Source of the DNA: Nemertoderma westbladi
Lineage: Eukaryota > Animalia > Xenacoelomorpha
Assembly: GCA_032718475.1 (NCBI GenBank)
Contig: JAUCBJ010007153.1
Coordinates: forward strand, 1-34,562
DNA: 34,562 nt
Direction of reading: 5' to 3'
The notes under the pieces are model-generated. The model did no database searches, was not told the DNA's origin, and saw only the letters and a program-made list of their open reading frames with translations. Both the position numbers and the translations under genes were made by a program. Below are positions 1 through 12,170 of the stretch, in pieces; position 1 is the first letter of the stretch; each line of letters opens with the position of its first letter.

Positions 1-460
1 CACCTCCAATGTTATATAGTGTCTGGTTGGAGATGTGTGCATTGTACTTGACACAATGAACCCGGCGTAGCATTCTTGTGAATGTGCCATCCAGAGATTT
101 GGTGTCCTCAGCAGTTAGAGCCCAGCATGGACTCCCGTAGAGGAGTACTGGAACTACTGCTGCTCTAAATAATCGGACCTTAAGTTTCCGATTAATTCTC
201 GGTGACTTCCAAATCCTGGAAAGCCTATTCAAGGCTGCCCATGCCTTTCCCTTACGTATTCGAAGGTCCTCACCTGACTTCCGGATCCATGATCCCAGGT
301 AACAGAAGTCGTCCACATGCTCAAGCATACCATCCTTTGAGCTTATGCTCATCCGATCAGAGACTTGCTGAGGACTTTCAAAGTTAACTGTCAGAATTTT
401 GGTCTTTCTGGAGTTAATAAAAAGACCAACACTAGAAGCAGCATGTTCTAATGAGCTAAC
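1..460 (-). mobile_element. RTE-clade non-LTR retrotransposon fragment (C-terminal RT and downstream region), 5'-truncated, runs off the window edge
   Basis: Manual translation of the minus strand is open from ~460 to 1: SSLEHAASSVGLFINSRKTKIL...LEHVDDFCYLGSW...RKGKAWAALNRLSRIWKS...KLKVRLFRAAVVPVLLYGSPCWALT...LDGTFTRMLRR. The GLxINxxKTK, FxYLGS and VLLYG motifs are typical of RTE RT. It is absent from the ORF track because it has no stop inside the window. Confidence 0.85.
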
Positions 461-462
461 GG

Positions 463-669
463 CTAGCCATTTCCCCGGAACAATGGTCCGAGTTGAACGA
501 AGAACAAAGACGAAAGGCCATAGAAAAACTTGCCAGTTTCAAATCTCTGCGAAGGCACCACCTTGTACATTCAACCGATGGGAGACTAAAAACAATGTTT
601 AAAAAGACAGGCCGAAAACCGGGACAAGGCCGACGAAAGAAAACTCGCTCAATGAAATCTACGAAATAG
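463..669 (+). pseudogene. C-terminal coding remnant, probably from a transposon protein, cut by the RTE insertion
   Basis: Open frame LAISPEQWSELNEEQRRKAIEKL...STDGRLKTMFKKTGRKPGQGRRKKTRSMKSTK* (TAG at 667-669) with a basic NLS-like tail; begins at the RTE junction. Family not identified. Confidence 0.3.
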
Positions 670-855
670 TATCATTGTAAACTGCACGATACCCACTCTA
701 ATTTTCTGTTTAGTTCCCTTCCTAACTGCATTAAAATTACTGGAATTACATTCAATAATTGATTTATATTCTATACAGTATGTGGGGCGAGCCACGAAGT
801 TGGCGGAGCCTTAGCGAATTGACACTGTTAGGGGGTGGGTCAATTTATGCAAATA

Positions 856-923
856 GTTGTCGTCGTCGTCGTCGTCGTCGTTGTCGTCGTCGTCGTTGTC
901 GTCGTCGTCGTTGTCGTCGTCGT
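856..923. repeat. (GTC/GTT)n trinucleotide microsatellite
   Basis: Directly visible; explains the spurious poly-Arg ORF 759-974. Confidence 0.97.
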
Positions 924-1044
924 TACGATTTTGACATGCTAATAACTTTGTCGGATTTAAAGCTGCCAAGTTGAAAATTTGTAGGTATCAATATAAGCAA
1001 AAGTTGAGATTTTTGAGAGACTTTCAGACACCATCAGTGCAATG

Positions 1045-2245
1045 GTCTCCCGCTAGAGGGCCACATGTCTAAACATTAAATGGCCACCCATTTCTTTGCT
1101 TTTAATCCGTTTAAGCTGAAACTTGGGAAGTATGTACTAGACCATTAGCTGTAAATTTCAAAGGAGGCTAATCTGTCTGCAGTTCTCCAGTCTGCCGCTA
1201 GAGGGCGAAATGTCCCGAATGTGAAATTATTCTTCCATTTAGTTGTTTATGATCTGATTACGCTGAAACTTGTCATATATGTACTAGATGACATCCTGAG
1301 TCTTTGTGTGGATTGTAATCGGTCCGAAGTTTTCCAGTCTCCCGCTAGAGGGCCACATGTCTAAACATTAAATGGCCACCCATTTCTTTGCTTTTAATCC
1401 GTTTAAGCTGAAACTTGGGAAGTATGTACTAGACCATTAGCTGTAAATTTCAAAGGAGGCTAATCTGTCTGCAGTTCTCCAGTCTGCCGCTAGAGGGCGA
1501 AATGTCCCGAATGTGAAATTATTCTTCCATTTAGTTGTTTATGATCTGATTACGCTGAAACTTGTCATATATGTACTAGATGACATCCTGAGTCTTTGTG
1601 TGGATTGTAATCGGTCCGAAGTTTTCCAGTCTCCCGCTAGAGGGCCACATGTCTAAACATTAAATGGCCACCCATTTCTTTGCTTTTAATCCGTTTAAGC
1701 TGAAACTTGGGAAGTATGTACTAGACCATTAGCTGTAAATTTCAAAGGAGGCTAATCTGTCTGCAGTTCTCCAGTCTGCCGCTAGAGGGCGAAATGTCCC
1801 GAATGTGAAATTATTCTTCCATTTAGTTGTTTATGATCTGATTACGCTGAAACTTGTCATATATGTACTAGAAGACATCCTAAGTCTTTGTGTGGACAGT
1901 AATCGGTCCGGAGTTTTCGAGTCTGCCGCTAGAGGGCGAAATGTAGGAAAGTGATAACCTTTGCGAATTCCTTGATCTTAATCTATTTAAGCTGAATTTT
2001 GGAATATACAGTACCGGTATGTACTAGACCACATGCCTCGTCTTTGTGAGGAAGGTGATCGATCCGTAGTTCTTTAATATGCCGCTAGAGGGCTAAATGT
2101 ATGAAAGTGAAAACCTTCCAACATTTCGTTATTTATGATCCGTCAATCGGAAACTTGGTAGATATGTAATAGACCATAGGCTGTGGCTTTGTAGGGAAAC
2201 TAATCCTTCCTTCTTCAGTTACCCAGTCTCCCGCTAGAGGGTTAA
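1045..2245 (+). repeat. Tandem array of ~146-bp monomers organised as a 292-bp dimer
   Basis: CGCTAGAGGG starts at 1051, 1196, 1343, 1488, 1635, 1780, 1927, 2083 and 2232. The first three 292-bp dimers are essentially identical; later units diverge. Confidence 0.95.
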
Positions 2246-2441
2246 CGTTTTCCGGGAAAATCTTCTCCTATGTTTTTATAATCCTTTCGAGTTGATACTT
2301 AGCATTAACTCATTTCACGTGCTGCGCGAAGGCCCCACTTCGTGTTATATTATACCGTATCGTAATTATTCATAATTATAGATTGAACCTTAAAGGTGTA
2401 GAATAGATTATTGTATTGTTTCATCCTTCCACTATATGTCA

Positions 2442-2612
2442 AGGGGGCGTTCATAAAGTATGTCACCAAAATTTTCTAGATTTTTGACCCCCCCCCCCCC
2501 CCCCCCCCTCAACCACAAAGTGTGTCACGCAAGCTCGATCTGCGCCCCTCTGTCACATTAGTAAATTTGTAATACCCCCAAACATTACCCCCCCCCCCTC
2601 CCCCCCCCAGAT
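2442..2612 (+). mobile_element. One end of a PIF/Harbinger-like MITE
   Basis: AGGGGGCGTTCATAAAGTATGTCAC followed by TTTTTGACCCCCC poly-C tracts and repeated GTCAC, resembling common invertebrate Harbinger MITE termini. The partner TIR was not found. Confidence 0.4.
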
Positions 2613-2691
2613 AAAAATATTTTATGTCAATAATACACAATATTTGTCTTGTTTTATATTTAGCTTGTCTGTTTATCTCTGTGGGTTATCT

Positions 2692-5600
2692 GGTTTGACT
2701 AAATAAACCTCTGAGAAATTTTGACTTGCAAACTGAAAGTGAAGAAAAATAAACCGGTTTATGTAAGTAATACATAATATTTATTTTTTTCTTATAAATT
2801 TCCATTGTATTCGTACAAGCTCCCGGGAACTTTTTTCTCGATTGCGAAATACCATAATTTCCAACACGAAATCAAAAAGCTGCATTAGGAATAATTTTAT
2901 TGTTAAAGCCAGTTCATGCAAAAGGCAAAGTTTTATGTTAACAAATCCAACAGTACAATAAGCCGCCTGGCTTATGGGGATACGGATACATAATGGGTTG
3001 AATAGTTATGAAGTGTTCATCCTTGGGGGTTAGCGTTGTTTCTTTCAGGAAACATCCAAGAGAGAAAGGTGCTTCCGTTATTTCATGTCTCACTTCCTTT
3101 ACTTCACATCATGTAGGGAAATACCAATTACGTCACACAATGTGCAGCTGTATGCAAAGTAATAAAATTCGGCAGTGCGTTTAGGAACGGATACCGCAGA
3201 AATATACCACTGACAACAGTCTGACTACCACCGACAACAGTCTGACTACCACCGACAAAAACTAATAATAATAGCAACACACCGACATATGAAAAACACT
3301 AACGATTTTTACCATTACGCTATGCAATATAATAATTTAAAACAGATAATATATGAAGGCGGTATTATATTTTAAAGAAATTATCATGACTAATTACACC
3401 ACCGACAACAGGCCGACAGTGGACAATATACTTTGTTATAAATATTTGGACTGGAAATAAAAATTGTATAATCATGCATTGAAATAGTTTACTAACATTG
3501 CCGAAGTTGTCGGTATACTGTCGGTTTGCGATCTTACCTGTCGGTTTGTGTCTTTTGTTGTCGGTGGTATGTCAAATGTGTCGGTGGCGTATTACTTTGA
3601 AGGCAATTTTCTCGGAATGACATTCTTTCACGCAAATTTTTTATTAATTTCGTAAGATTTTATAATATTTCGAGTTATTTACAAATTAATTAATAACCGC
3701 AGGGGGTAGCCCCCCGTAATTTATGTCTCATATTTACACAATGCAAGACAACGTAACTGACAGACTTACGGGGGTTTGTCATTGTGACATTTTTTGCATT
3801 GTATCGAATGTATTTACATACGCCTTGTATGTACAAAGCAAAAACGCTGTTAGTACAAAAGACAACCCTGAAGTCAAAATATTAATGGAAAGTGAAAAAT
3901 AATACGCAGAAAAATTTCCTACCACCAGAAGAAATTAGAAAGTTACGGACATTTTAAACCAACAATCTGAAGACAAAAGGTAATTTGCGTTTTACTCTGA
4001 GAAATTACTTTTTTGACTTACGGTCTTTTTACATTGCACGGCAGAATTGGTGTTATAATATCTTCACAAGGAAATAGCAGCCCCGTGTGGTTGTCTAAGA
4101 GTGTCGGTTTGCCATTTTGTTTGTCGGTTGGTTGACTACCAAAGGCAACTTTTCACATACACCGATATAAACAAAGTAATTCAATTTTTCATAATGGCAA
4201 AATGCCACCAGCCCCTCCCCCAGAGAGACCACTATCACCACACTTAGCTTTTCATTTCTTCCGGAGTAATTTTTATATTTTAGAATTACTTACAGTGTAT
4301 TATGTAGAATGAATTTAATTTAGGAAAAATATTTTTGAAGACTATCTGTCAACCAATCTTTCAATCGATCAATATATTATTCCACCAACACATCAATCAA
4401 TACATCAATATATACTGTATACAGTAGGTACCTGAACTGTATAAAGAAAAAGAGTAACAAAAAAGTATAACACATTATCTTATACAATGCTATATTGCGC
4501 CTCTGCATTCTCACGGGCTGGGCACCGTTTTTTGTTTCGGTTGCGCAAATTCCATACATTAAATGCCAACACGAAAACAAAAAGCTGCATTAGCAATAAA
4601 TTTTAAAGCCTGTTAAGGCAAAGTCTTATGTTAACAAATCCAACAGTACAATATGCCGCCTGGCTTATGGGGATACAGAAAAGGTTGAATAGTTATGAAG
4701 TGGTCATCCTTGGGAGATTGTGTTGCGCAACCATTCTTTTCCGGTAACATCCAAGAGAGAAAGGAGCTTCCGTTACTTCTTGTTTCCTTCCTTCACTTTA
4801 CTTTACGTCATTTAGGTAAATACCAATTACGTTACACAATGTGCAGCTGTATGTAAAGTAATAAATTTCGGAATTGTATTGCACTGTACTGTATGTTAGA
4901 GTATAGGAACTGATACCGCAGAAATATACCACCGACAATAGTCTGACTACCACCGACAAAAACTAATAATACTAGCAACACACCGACATATGAAAAACAC
5001 TAACGATTTTTACCATTACGCTATGCAATATAATAATTCAAAACAGATAATATATGAAGGCGGTATTATATTTTAAAGAAATTATCATGACTAATTACAC
5101 CACCGACAACAGGCCGACAGTGGACAATATAATTTGTTATAAATATTTGGACTGGAAATAAAAATTGTATAATCATGTACTGAAAAGGTTTACTAACATT
5201 GCCGAAGCTGTCGGTATACTGTCGGTTTGCGATCTTACCTGTCGGTTTGTGTCTTTTGTTGTCGGTGGTATGCGAAAGGTGTCGGTGGTTGTCGGTGTAG
5301 TATTTAGTCAAATTTTAAAGCCAGTTAAGGCAAAGTCTTATGTTAACAAATCCAACAGTACAATATGCCGCCTGGCTTATGGGGATACAGAAAAGGTTGA
5401 ATAGTTATGAAGTGGTCATCCTTGGGAGATTGTGTTGGGCAACCATTCTTTTCCGGTAACATCCAAGAGAGAAAGGAGTTTCCGTTGCTTCTTGTTTCCT
5501 TCCTTCACTTTACTTTACGTCATTTAGGTAAATACCAATTACGTCACACAATGTGCAGCTGTATGTAAAGTAATAAATTTCGGCATTGTAGGGGCCTATC

Positions 5601-5917
5601 GCACTGTACTGTATGTCCAATTGTCCAAGTTTAAGAACGGATACCGCAGAAATATACCACTGACAAAAGTCTGACTACCACCGACAACAGGCCGACAGTG
5701 GACAATATACTTTGTTATAAATATTTGGACTGGAAATAAAAATTGTATAATCATGTACTGAAATAGTTTACCAACATTGCCGAAGTTGTCGGTATACTGT
5801 CGGTTTGCGATCTTACCTGTCGTGTCGGTTTGTGTCGGTTTATGTCTTTTGTTGTCGGTGGTTGTCGGTGGTATGCGAAAGGTGTCGGTGGTTGTCGGTG
5901 GCGTATTTAGTCAAACC
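2692..5917. mobile_element. Composite foldback/MITE region with internal triplication
   Basis: 14-bp inverted termini GGTTTGACTAAATA (2692-2705) / TATTTAGTCAAACC (5904-5917); clusters of CCGACA and TGTCGG in inverted orientation; three related 600-750 bp blocks at about 2860-3590, 4565-5315 and 5316-5915. No TSD detected. Confidence 0.6.
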
Positions 5918-5928
5918 CTCTGGCAGTC

Positions 5929-6091
5929 TGGGGCGAATGGACTTGGAAGGTGGGGCGAATCATCAACTGTCCATGTACAAGTCGATTCCAGATTCGCCCC
6001 AGGCAGCCAGGTCCATATGCCCCTAAAATGTGGGGCGAATCGACATGGCAGCATGGGGTGAAAAGGTCGAGGGGCGAATCGACCAGTACCC
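5929..6091. mobile_element. MITE fragment with repeated GGGGCGAAT motifs
   Basis: GGGGCGAAT occurs four times plus one inverted ATTCGCCCC; ends in GGGGCGAATCGACCAGTACCC, a TIR-like terminus. Confidence 0.45.
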
Positions 6092-8711
6092 GATAGATTT
6101 CCATATGCGCCTGTCAGCCTGTGCTAAAAAGACTCTAAATTTTTAATATTTTCCGGATGTTGTCGATAATCAGATACCTAATCGATTTCCATATCACAGT
6201 ATGACTGTAGCAAAACAATTCTGCAATTAGCCTACCAATTGCTGAATTGACCAAATGGGGGAAAGTAGCAGGTTACAGAGACGGGCTTTTCTCACCAAAA
6301 CAATAAAAGATCACTTTAACACTGTAACAATAATTGAGGGAAAGAAGCAGGTTATATAACCCAGTCTGCCAGTAACCAATTGCTGAATTGAGGGAAAAAT
6401 TAATTACCATCATTCTGTCAGTCTGTCATTTACAACAGTACAGCAGTACATATCACAGAATCAGTAGGCCCTACCTAATGCTGTAATGTGGTATAATACA
6501 GTTTAATTCTTTTTAAGGCATAGTATAGCAGTATAGGCTTAATTCCTTCAATACAGCAATTCTGCGATATACAGCTCTACTGCTGTACTGTCTGACAGTA
6601 TATAGGCCTACTAGTCAAGTAGACAGTGGCAACCACCGTTCAAATTGGGTATGACTGCAGTTTTTTTGCTGAAAGTGTTAACTTGTATAAACCATTTGAA
6701 ATTATGTTATATTTCACATAGTCCGCATTGAGCAATTTTTTCTAGAACACTATTTATCTTAACGACAGATGTTTTACATAGCAACAGTAATGAATTAACA
6801 CGCAGGGGTATATTTATCTATTTAGACACTGATCAATCATAAATAAGGAGAAACTAGGCTCGAGAAAATAAAAACTTAAGGAATAAGTATTATGTTTGCA
6901 GTTAAGGAGTTACAAATTTTGTAACATTGCAGTGTTATGGCAAACACTGTTACAGGCAGTTAACTTGTAATACATACAAGGCTCGCTGTGCAATTTGGAG
7001 CTCATCACTGTGGCCAAGTAATGCACCGACATACCTCTCTCTCAAGAATACATGATGTCAGCTCGCTAACAATCTCTAGACATGTATCCTCAAGAACTGG
7101 CGGAAATATGTTAATTCGAATGTGGACTTTGTTGCCGACGCATTTATGGACAGAATGGCGCAGGTTTATCCTTTTCGAAGTAGAAGTGGTTACCCGAACT
7201 GATACGTTGTTTCTGTAAGGTGATGTCCGGTATTACCAGTGGACCGTGAAATGAAAGGTGAAGGAATGTCGATGAAACAACTTCTGTATTTGCAGTAATT
7301 ACTTTTAGTTTAATGTTTGATAATATATTTATTTACACGTTAACACAGTCCTTGTTCGCACACTTGCAATAAAATTTGAAAGCCCTATTTACAAATTGCT
7401 GCCACACATCCAACCAAAGATTGTGGCTATAGTGGCGGGTGCCGGCTGCCAGCTGCTCTCTAGAATAATACTTGAGAGCCGCTCTTCTTATTTTCTTGAA
7501 TGTTGCAGTTTCCTTTAATTCTAAATTTCATATCTGAAATAAATAATACTTTCATAATATTTTGTGCAAGATATTTCGCAATGCTAGGTTAGCTTTGTAG
7601 GAATTAAAAGTTCGAATTAAAAGTTCTAGGAATTAGAATAATATATATCAATATCTACATTATACAATACTAAAAAAAGCCAATCAAACAGTCGGTCGAA
7701 GCCGAACTGAAGGCATATCTTCGAAGATAGGGAGGGACTTTAGTCGCAATAAAAATTCATCCCTCTCCAGGGAAAAATCGACGCAAATAACAGTTGGTTA
7801 CTCCCAAAAATAAAATAGAAATTTTGTAGTGCCCCTTTTATTTAGACAATTTCCATATCATCAATAGATTCTCGCAATTAATAATAAGATAAATAAATCT
7901 AGTAATAAGTAAAATATGTAAAATCTCTATTTTGACATCCGCCTATATTTTGTATAAAATATAAAAAACTAGCAAGTGAATAATTACTAGCTACTTTGAC
8001 TATCAAATAAAAATTACTAGCTGCCATGACTCATAAATTATTCCATGCAAATATATAATTGAGAATTAAATTACCAGTATATCTTACATTTACTAGCTAA
8101 TAAATAGTACCGGTACTAGCTAACACAAAATCAAAAGTACTAGCTACCATCGTACTGGCAGAAAGTTAAATATTAGTTCTAGAACAAAAAACCTCATGAT
8201 AAAAGCCATGTTTATATGAAAAAGTTTGTTTAAAAAGTGGGTAACCATAACATAGTAAGGCCCAAAATTATTCTATATAGAATTAGACCTCATATAGAGA
8301 ATGTTGCTCTTTTATGTTGCGTTTTATTCACATTTTTTTTAAATAGGCCTATGTTATAAACAAATAAAGTTGAAAAAATATTTCCATCATAACAAAAAAA
8401 ATCTGCCATATTTTAAAATAAATAAATAAAATCTGAAATATTTTAAAAATATGAGCAACAATAATATTGTATACATACATGTTGGGTAACGGCAATATGT
8501 TCCAGAACATGTATATGTAACAAAAATTAAAAATAGCCACATAAAAAGTATTATAAAATGATCAATAATACTATATCAATAATAGGGCCGTGGCTAGATT
8601 AGATTGGATGGAGACGTTTTAAAATTCTTTTCCAACAACAATTGTAAAGCGAAAATACAAATGTTATACAATATTCTACATATTAAATGGTGGTGTACAT
8701 TAAGTATATTA

Positions 8712-8970
8712 CCTTTAAAATTGACGTAACAACTTCGATAGAATCGGGTTCCCAAAATAGTTAGGTCTTCAAGCTCACCATCTCCCAAATCCAACGGAAT
8801 CTTCAAATTTCCAGCTAATTCTTCGTTATCGTGGCAATCTTGTTTCGCAAATGGCAAAAGTCCTTTCTCATATTGCTATCGCTGCATTTTTCTAGCGTTT
8901 CCAACTTTTGGATTTTTTGGATCTATCGCCTTACATAAGGCGGTAGGATTCAGATAAGGCAATCTTTCTC
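8712..8970 (-). pseudogene. Degenerate transposase-like fragment, possibly an Academ-type N-terminal region
   Basis: ...LKIPLDLGDGELEDLTILGTRFYRSCYVNFK resembles the DLxAxxAxYHxSCYxxF motif of large invertebrate DNA transposases; upstream stops present. Similarity is from recall only. Confidence 0.3.
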
Positions 8971-10424
8971 AAAACTAAATGTCACTATTAATCACAGTAT
9001 TTTTTAATAATTTTGTCAAAGCACTCGTCGCCTCCAACTCTCTTTAAGGTCATTTTCATTGCCTAAATGTAACTTATTACTGCAATGTTTTGAATCATAA
9101 TAACATAGTATTCTAGAATGTTTAATGTAGTTGCTAACACATTCTCTACATAGATTAACATTTTTTTGGTAATTTTGTTATGATTTTAACCTCCAAACAA
9201 ACGGCAATAAAAAAAATTGCTCAACCTTTCCCAAAGTCTTTATAGCGAAAATTTATTATTATAATGTGGAACAACATTATGAGCAAATAAAATTGCAGTC
9301 ATACGCTGGAGAACGGTTCGTCAGTAAAATGTACCAAGCGTCTACTCGACTATACTGATACCGGTAGTGATAGCCTAAGAGAACAGCAGTAGAGATACCG
9401 GTAGCATGGAACCTAATCGAAAATTTCCGGTGGACATAAAAAGTCAAAATCAGAGGCCACAATGAGTGATTTCAACGGACAAGAAAAATTATTGTGTTAA
9501 ACAATCATTGAATAGAACATACAGACAAATGCGAATCAAAACGCAATATGCCAAATGCAAAAAATTCCAACCAACAGGTATTATGTAAAGAATGCGACTT
9601 ATCACATACAGACATGGATAACAATTACATTTAATTTAGGATTTTAACTTTATTTAAGTTAAAATAACAAAAAGAAATGAAATTCAGGCCTTTCAGATTT
9701 TTTTCTTATTTTTATTTTACAGTACTGTAACAATAATATATTCCAAAAAAATGTGAAACATATTCGAATTTATTTATGTTTGAAATGAAACAAATTCAAA
9801 ATTATTCGAATTTGAAGAAGGTCGATTTTTTTTAACAATGTTGAGATTTCGCACATTTAAATCGACCTTTTTAAACAATAATACTTTGATAAAACAAACG
9901 CTTTTACATTAGCCCTTGGGGATATAACAGTGGCTGGCTACACCTCTGCAGTAATATAATACTGTACTATACAAGTAGGAAAACGCTTTAATACTGAAAT
10001 ACTTCGCCTCTCTTTAAGCCTGTAATTTTGCCCCCTAGAAATTTGCTAAGGGGCAATTACCCCCCCCCCCCCCCCCCCCCGTTCTGTACACCTATGGACA
10101 AGCGCACCGTGAGCTACTGTATTTCAATATGCCAAGCCAATATACAGAGGATACAGTATACACGTAATCTATGCATGACGACATGGAGGGAATTCCATGA
10201 TTAACGATTAGATAGGACCCTACGTAGATACTCAAATATAATGGTTTCAGTTTAATTAATTAAAATTAATTAATTATTCTACCATTTATACTTTATTTAA
10301 CGATTGAATAAGCGTAATTATTTTTTTACAATTTATGTACCTTGACACGGCCTACTACAACTGTCGAGGTCATGTGTGTATCTTGATTAATATAGAAGAG
10401 AGTTACTGAAATGCATATACAATA

Positions 10425-12170
10425 TACATATGACCAGTAATATAGTGTCATTTTCTGATGACAAGGGACTCCTCTGCCCAAAATTTTCTACAAATCTTTA
10501 TCATATTGCTTGAAATTTGAAACATAACTACTGTAGTTCAAAAAAGCCGTAATTTTCGATTTTGCCTATAAATATTTTTTAAGCGTTTTAGAAAAGTCGT
10601 CTTTTGCGAAATTGCACATCTCCTATCATCGCCATTCTTCACATTAACCTCGCTTTATATATATCATTAAAAAGCTTGCGTTCCAAGGATTCCAAATATG
10701 TAACAATGTTTATATTTCGTTGAGAAACAGCTGAGATATAGGCGTTCAAAGATTGTAAGAATTATCGTTCACTGGAGGCAATTTATTCTATTTAAAACAT
10801 ACATAATGTTCTGGAACATTTGGTTAAAGTATGAATAGCTACGCTATATATATATTTGGATAGGAATACCGCCGTTGCCAACCAACGTCTATAATTTTGT
10901 GTATTTATTCAATAGACTCTCCGCTCCACATCAATCGACCAACAGACGAGGCTGGATGTGTCAGTCTCGGGGTTCTGGGGGAACCGCTTCCAGCGGACTT
11001 TCTACAATATATCAGTTTTTAATCCTCTGGCCGCCACAAACGCCGCCATGTCCCTCGACGCCGCACACCGATACCACGAGGACCGCAAGAGCCGTAAGTA
11101 TAGTGAGCGAATAAGAGAGGTTTAACTTTCGAGATTTACTCTTCTTATATTCCCAGCATTCGGGGGTGCTGCTCCATCCGCCACCCATTTGTGTCAATTG
11201 TGTCTCGTCTGGCACGAAAGCTGGCAAACAAGCGAGAGATCCGGTACTCCGCTCCGCCGCCATCTGCTGGGTTCGACGGAGGTTGCCGTTCTCTCTTCTG
11301 AGATCGGCACTGGTCTGTCTCCATGGATGTCGCTCTGCGTCACGACGGCCAGTACGTTGCAACATTTCCGTAACATCAATCCTTCTGGCCAATGCGGACA
11401 TGAACCCAGCAACGGGCAACAGAACTGTAATCGACATAGCACAAGTCTGAGTAGATTTGTTTGATTGGCCGTTAAAAATAACTTGGACATCCGGAGGAAT
11501 CGGGGATTTGGAATTGGAAAAGATTGTGTACTCAGATTTTATGAGATTTAGAGTTAATTTATTAGTGTCAGCCAATATAATATGAAATAGATCATTAAAA
11601 AAAATGAAAAAAGGGGCCAAAAAACAAAACTATTAATAGTATACTCAAACATTGGGTTTACTCTTTTTTACTCCAAATATATTCAATAGTAGCAAATACA
11701 GTGTGTTTCAAAAAAAAAACTGTTGCCCACCAAATCATAAATGAAATAACACGTTCAAAAATTTTGTGTATTTATTCAATAGAATAAGTGACATTCAGCG
11801 AACAATACTTCATGCAATCTTTGAACGTCTCCTGTATATAAGAGCTGTTTCTCAACGAAGTTCAGACAATGTTACATATTTCGAATCCTTGCTACCCAAG
11901 CTTTCTAATGATATGAAAAAATACAACTAATGTGAAGAATGGCCGCGATACGGAGGGTGCGATTTCGGTAAATACACTTTTTTTAGAACGCTTATAAAAC
12001 ATTTTAAAGGTAAAACTAAAATTTTGGCCTCATGTGGACATCGACGGTAAGTTGAAATATTTGTGTTTGACATTTCAAACAATATGATAAAGATTGGGGT
12101 TTTTTGGTTTGGGTTTTTTTTGGGGGGGTCCGTGTAATCAGAAAATGACATTATATTGCGGGTCATGGTG
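10425..12170. mobile_element. Old foldback DNA element with long imperfect inverted arms
   Basis: About 10425-10793 is the reverse complement of about 11777-12170 (for example TTCGTTGAGAAACAGCT / AGCTGTTTCTCAACGAA and GCCATTCTTCACATT / AATGTGAAGAATGGC), moderately diverged. Confidence 0.7.
10925..11410 (+). mobile_element. CRE-like non-LTR retrotransposon 3' fragment (restriction-like endonuclease domain), decayed
   Basis: Manual translation: QQTRLDVSVSGFWGNRFQRTFYNISVFNPLAATN...HEDRKSRKYSERIREV*LSRFTLLIFPAFGG...LARKLANKREIRYS...WVRRRLPFSLLRSALVCLHGCRS. Matches the RLD..GFW / K..KY / FSLLRS..CL.G pattern of CRE RLE domains; contains a stop and frameshifts. Confidence 0.8.

Larger units (their letters stand above)
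780..2346 (+). mobile_element. Non-autonomous HINE/DINE-1/pearl-like element with an internal tandem array
   Basis: Subterminal inverted motif CACGAAGT (~793) / ACTTCGTG (~2337-2344), a (GTC)n microsatellite just inside the 5' end, then ~146-bp tandem core repeats. The 3' end GCTGCGCGAAGGCCCCACT recurs in reverse near 15061 and 28259. Confidence 0.6.

Noticed and set aside
759-974. Protamine-like Arg/Cys-rich ORF
   Set aside because: It is a translation of the (GTC)n microsatellite inside a repeat element.
6960-7535. Exon-like, GC-richer segments
   Set aside because: The frames examined are short or contain stops and no protein family was recognised; possibly an old TE remnant.
11012-11620. 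202-aa minus-strand ORF
   Set aside because: Antisense shadow of the CRE fragment; no recognisable domain.
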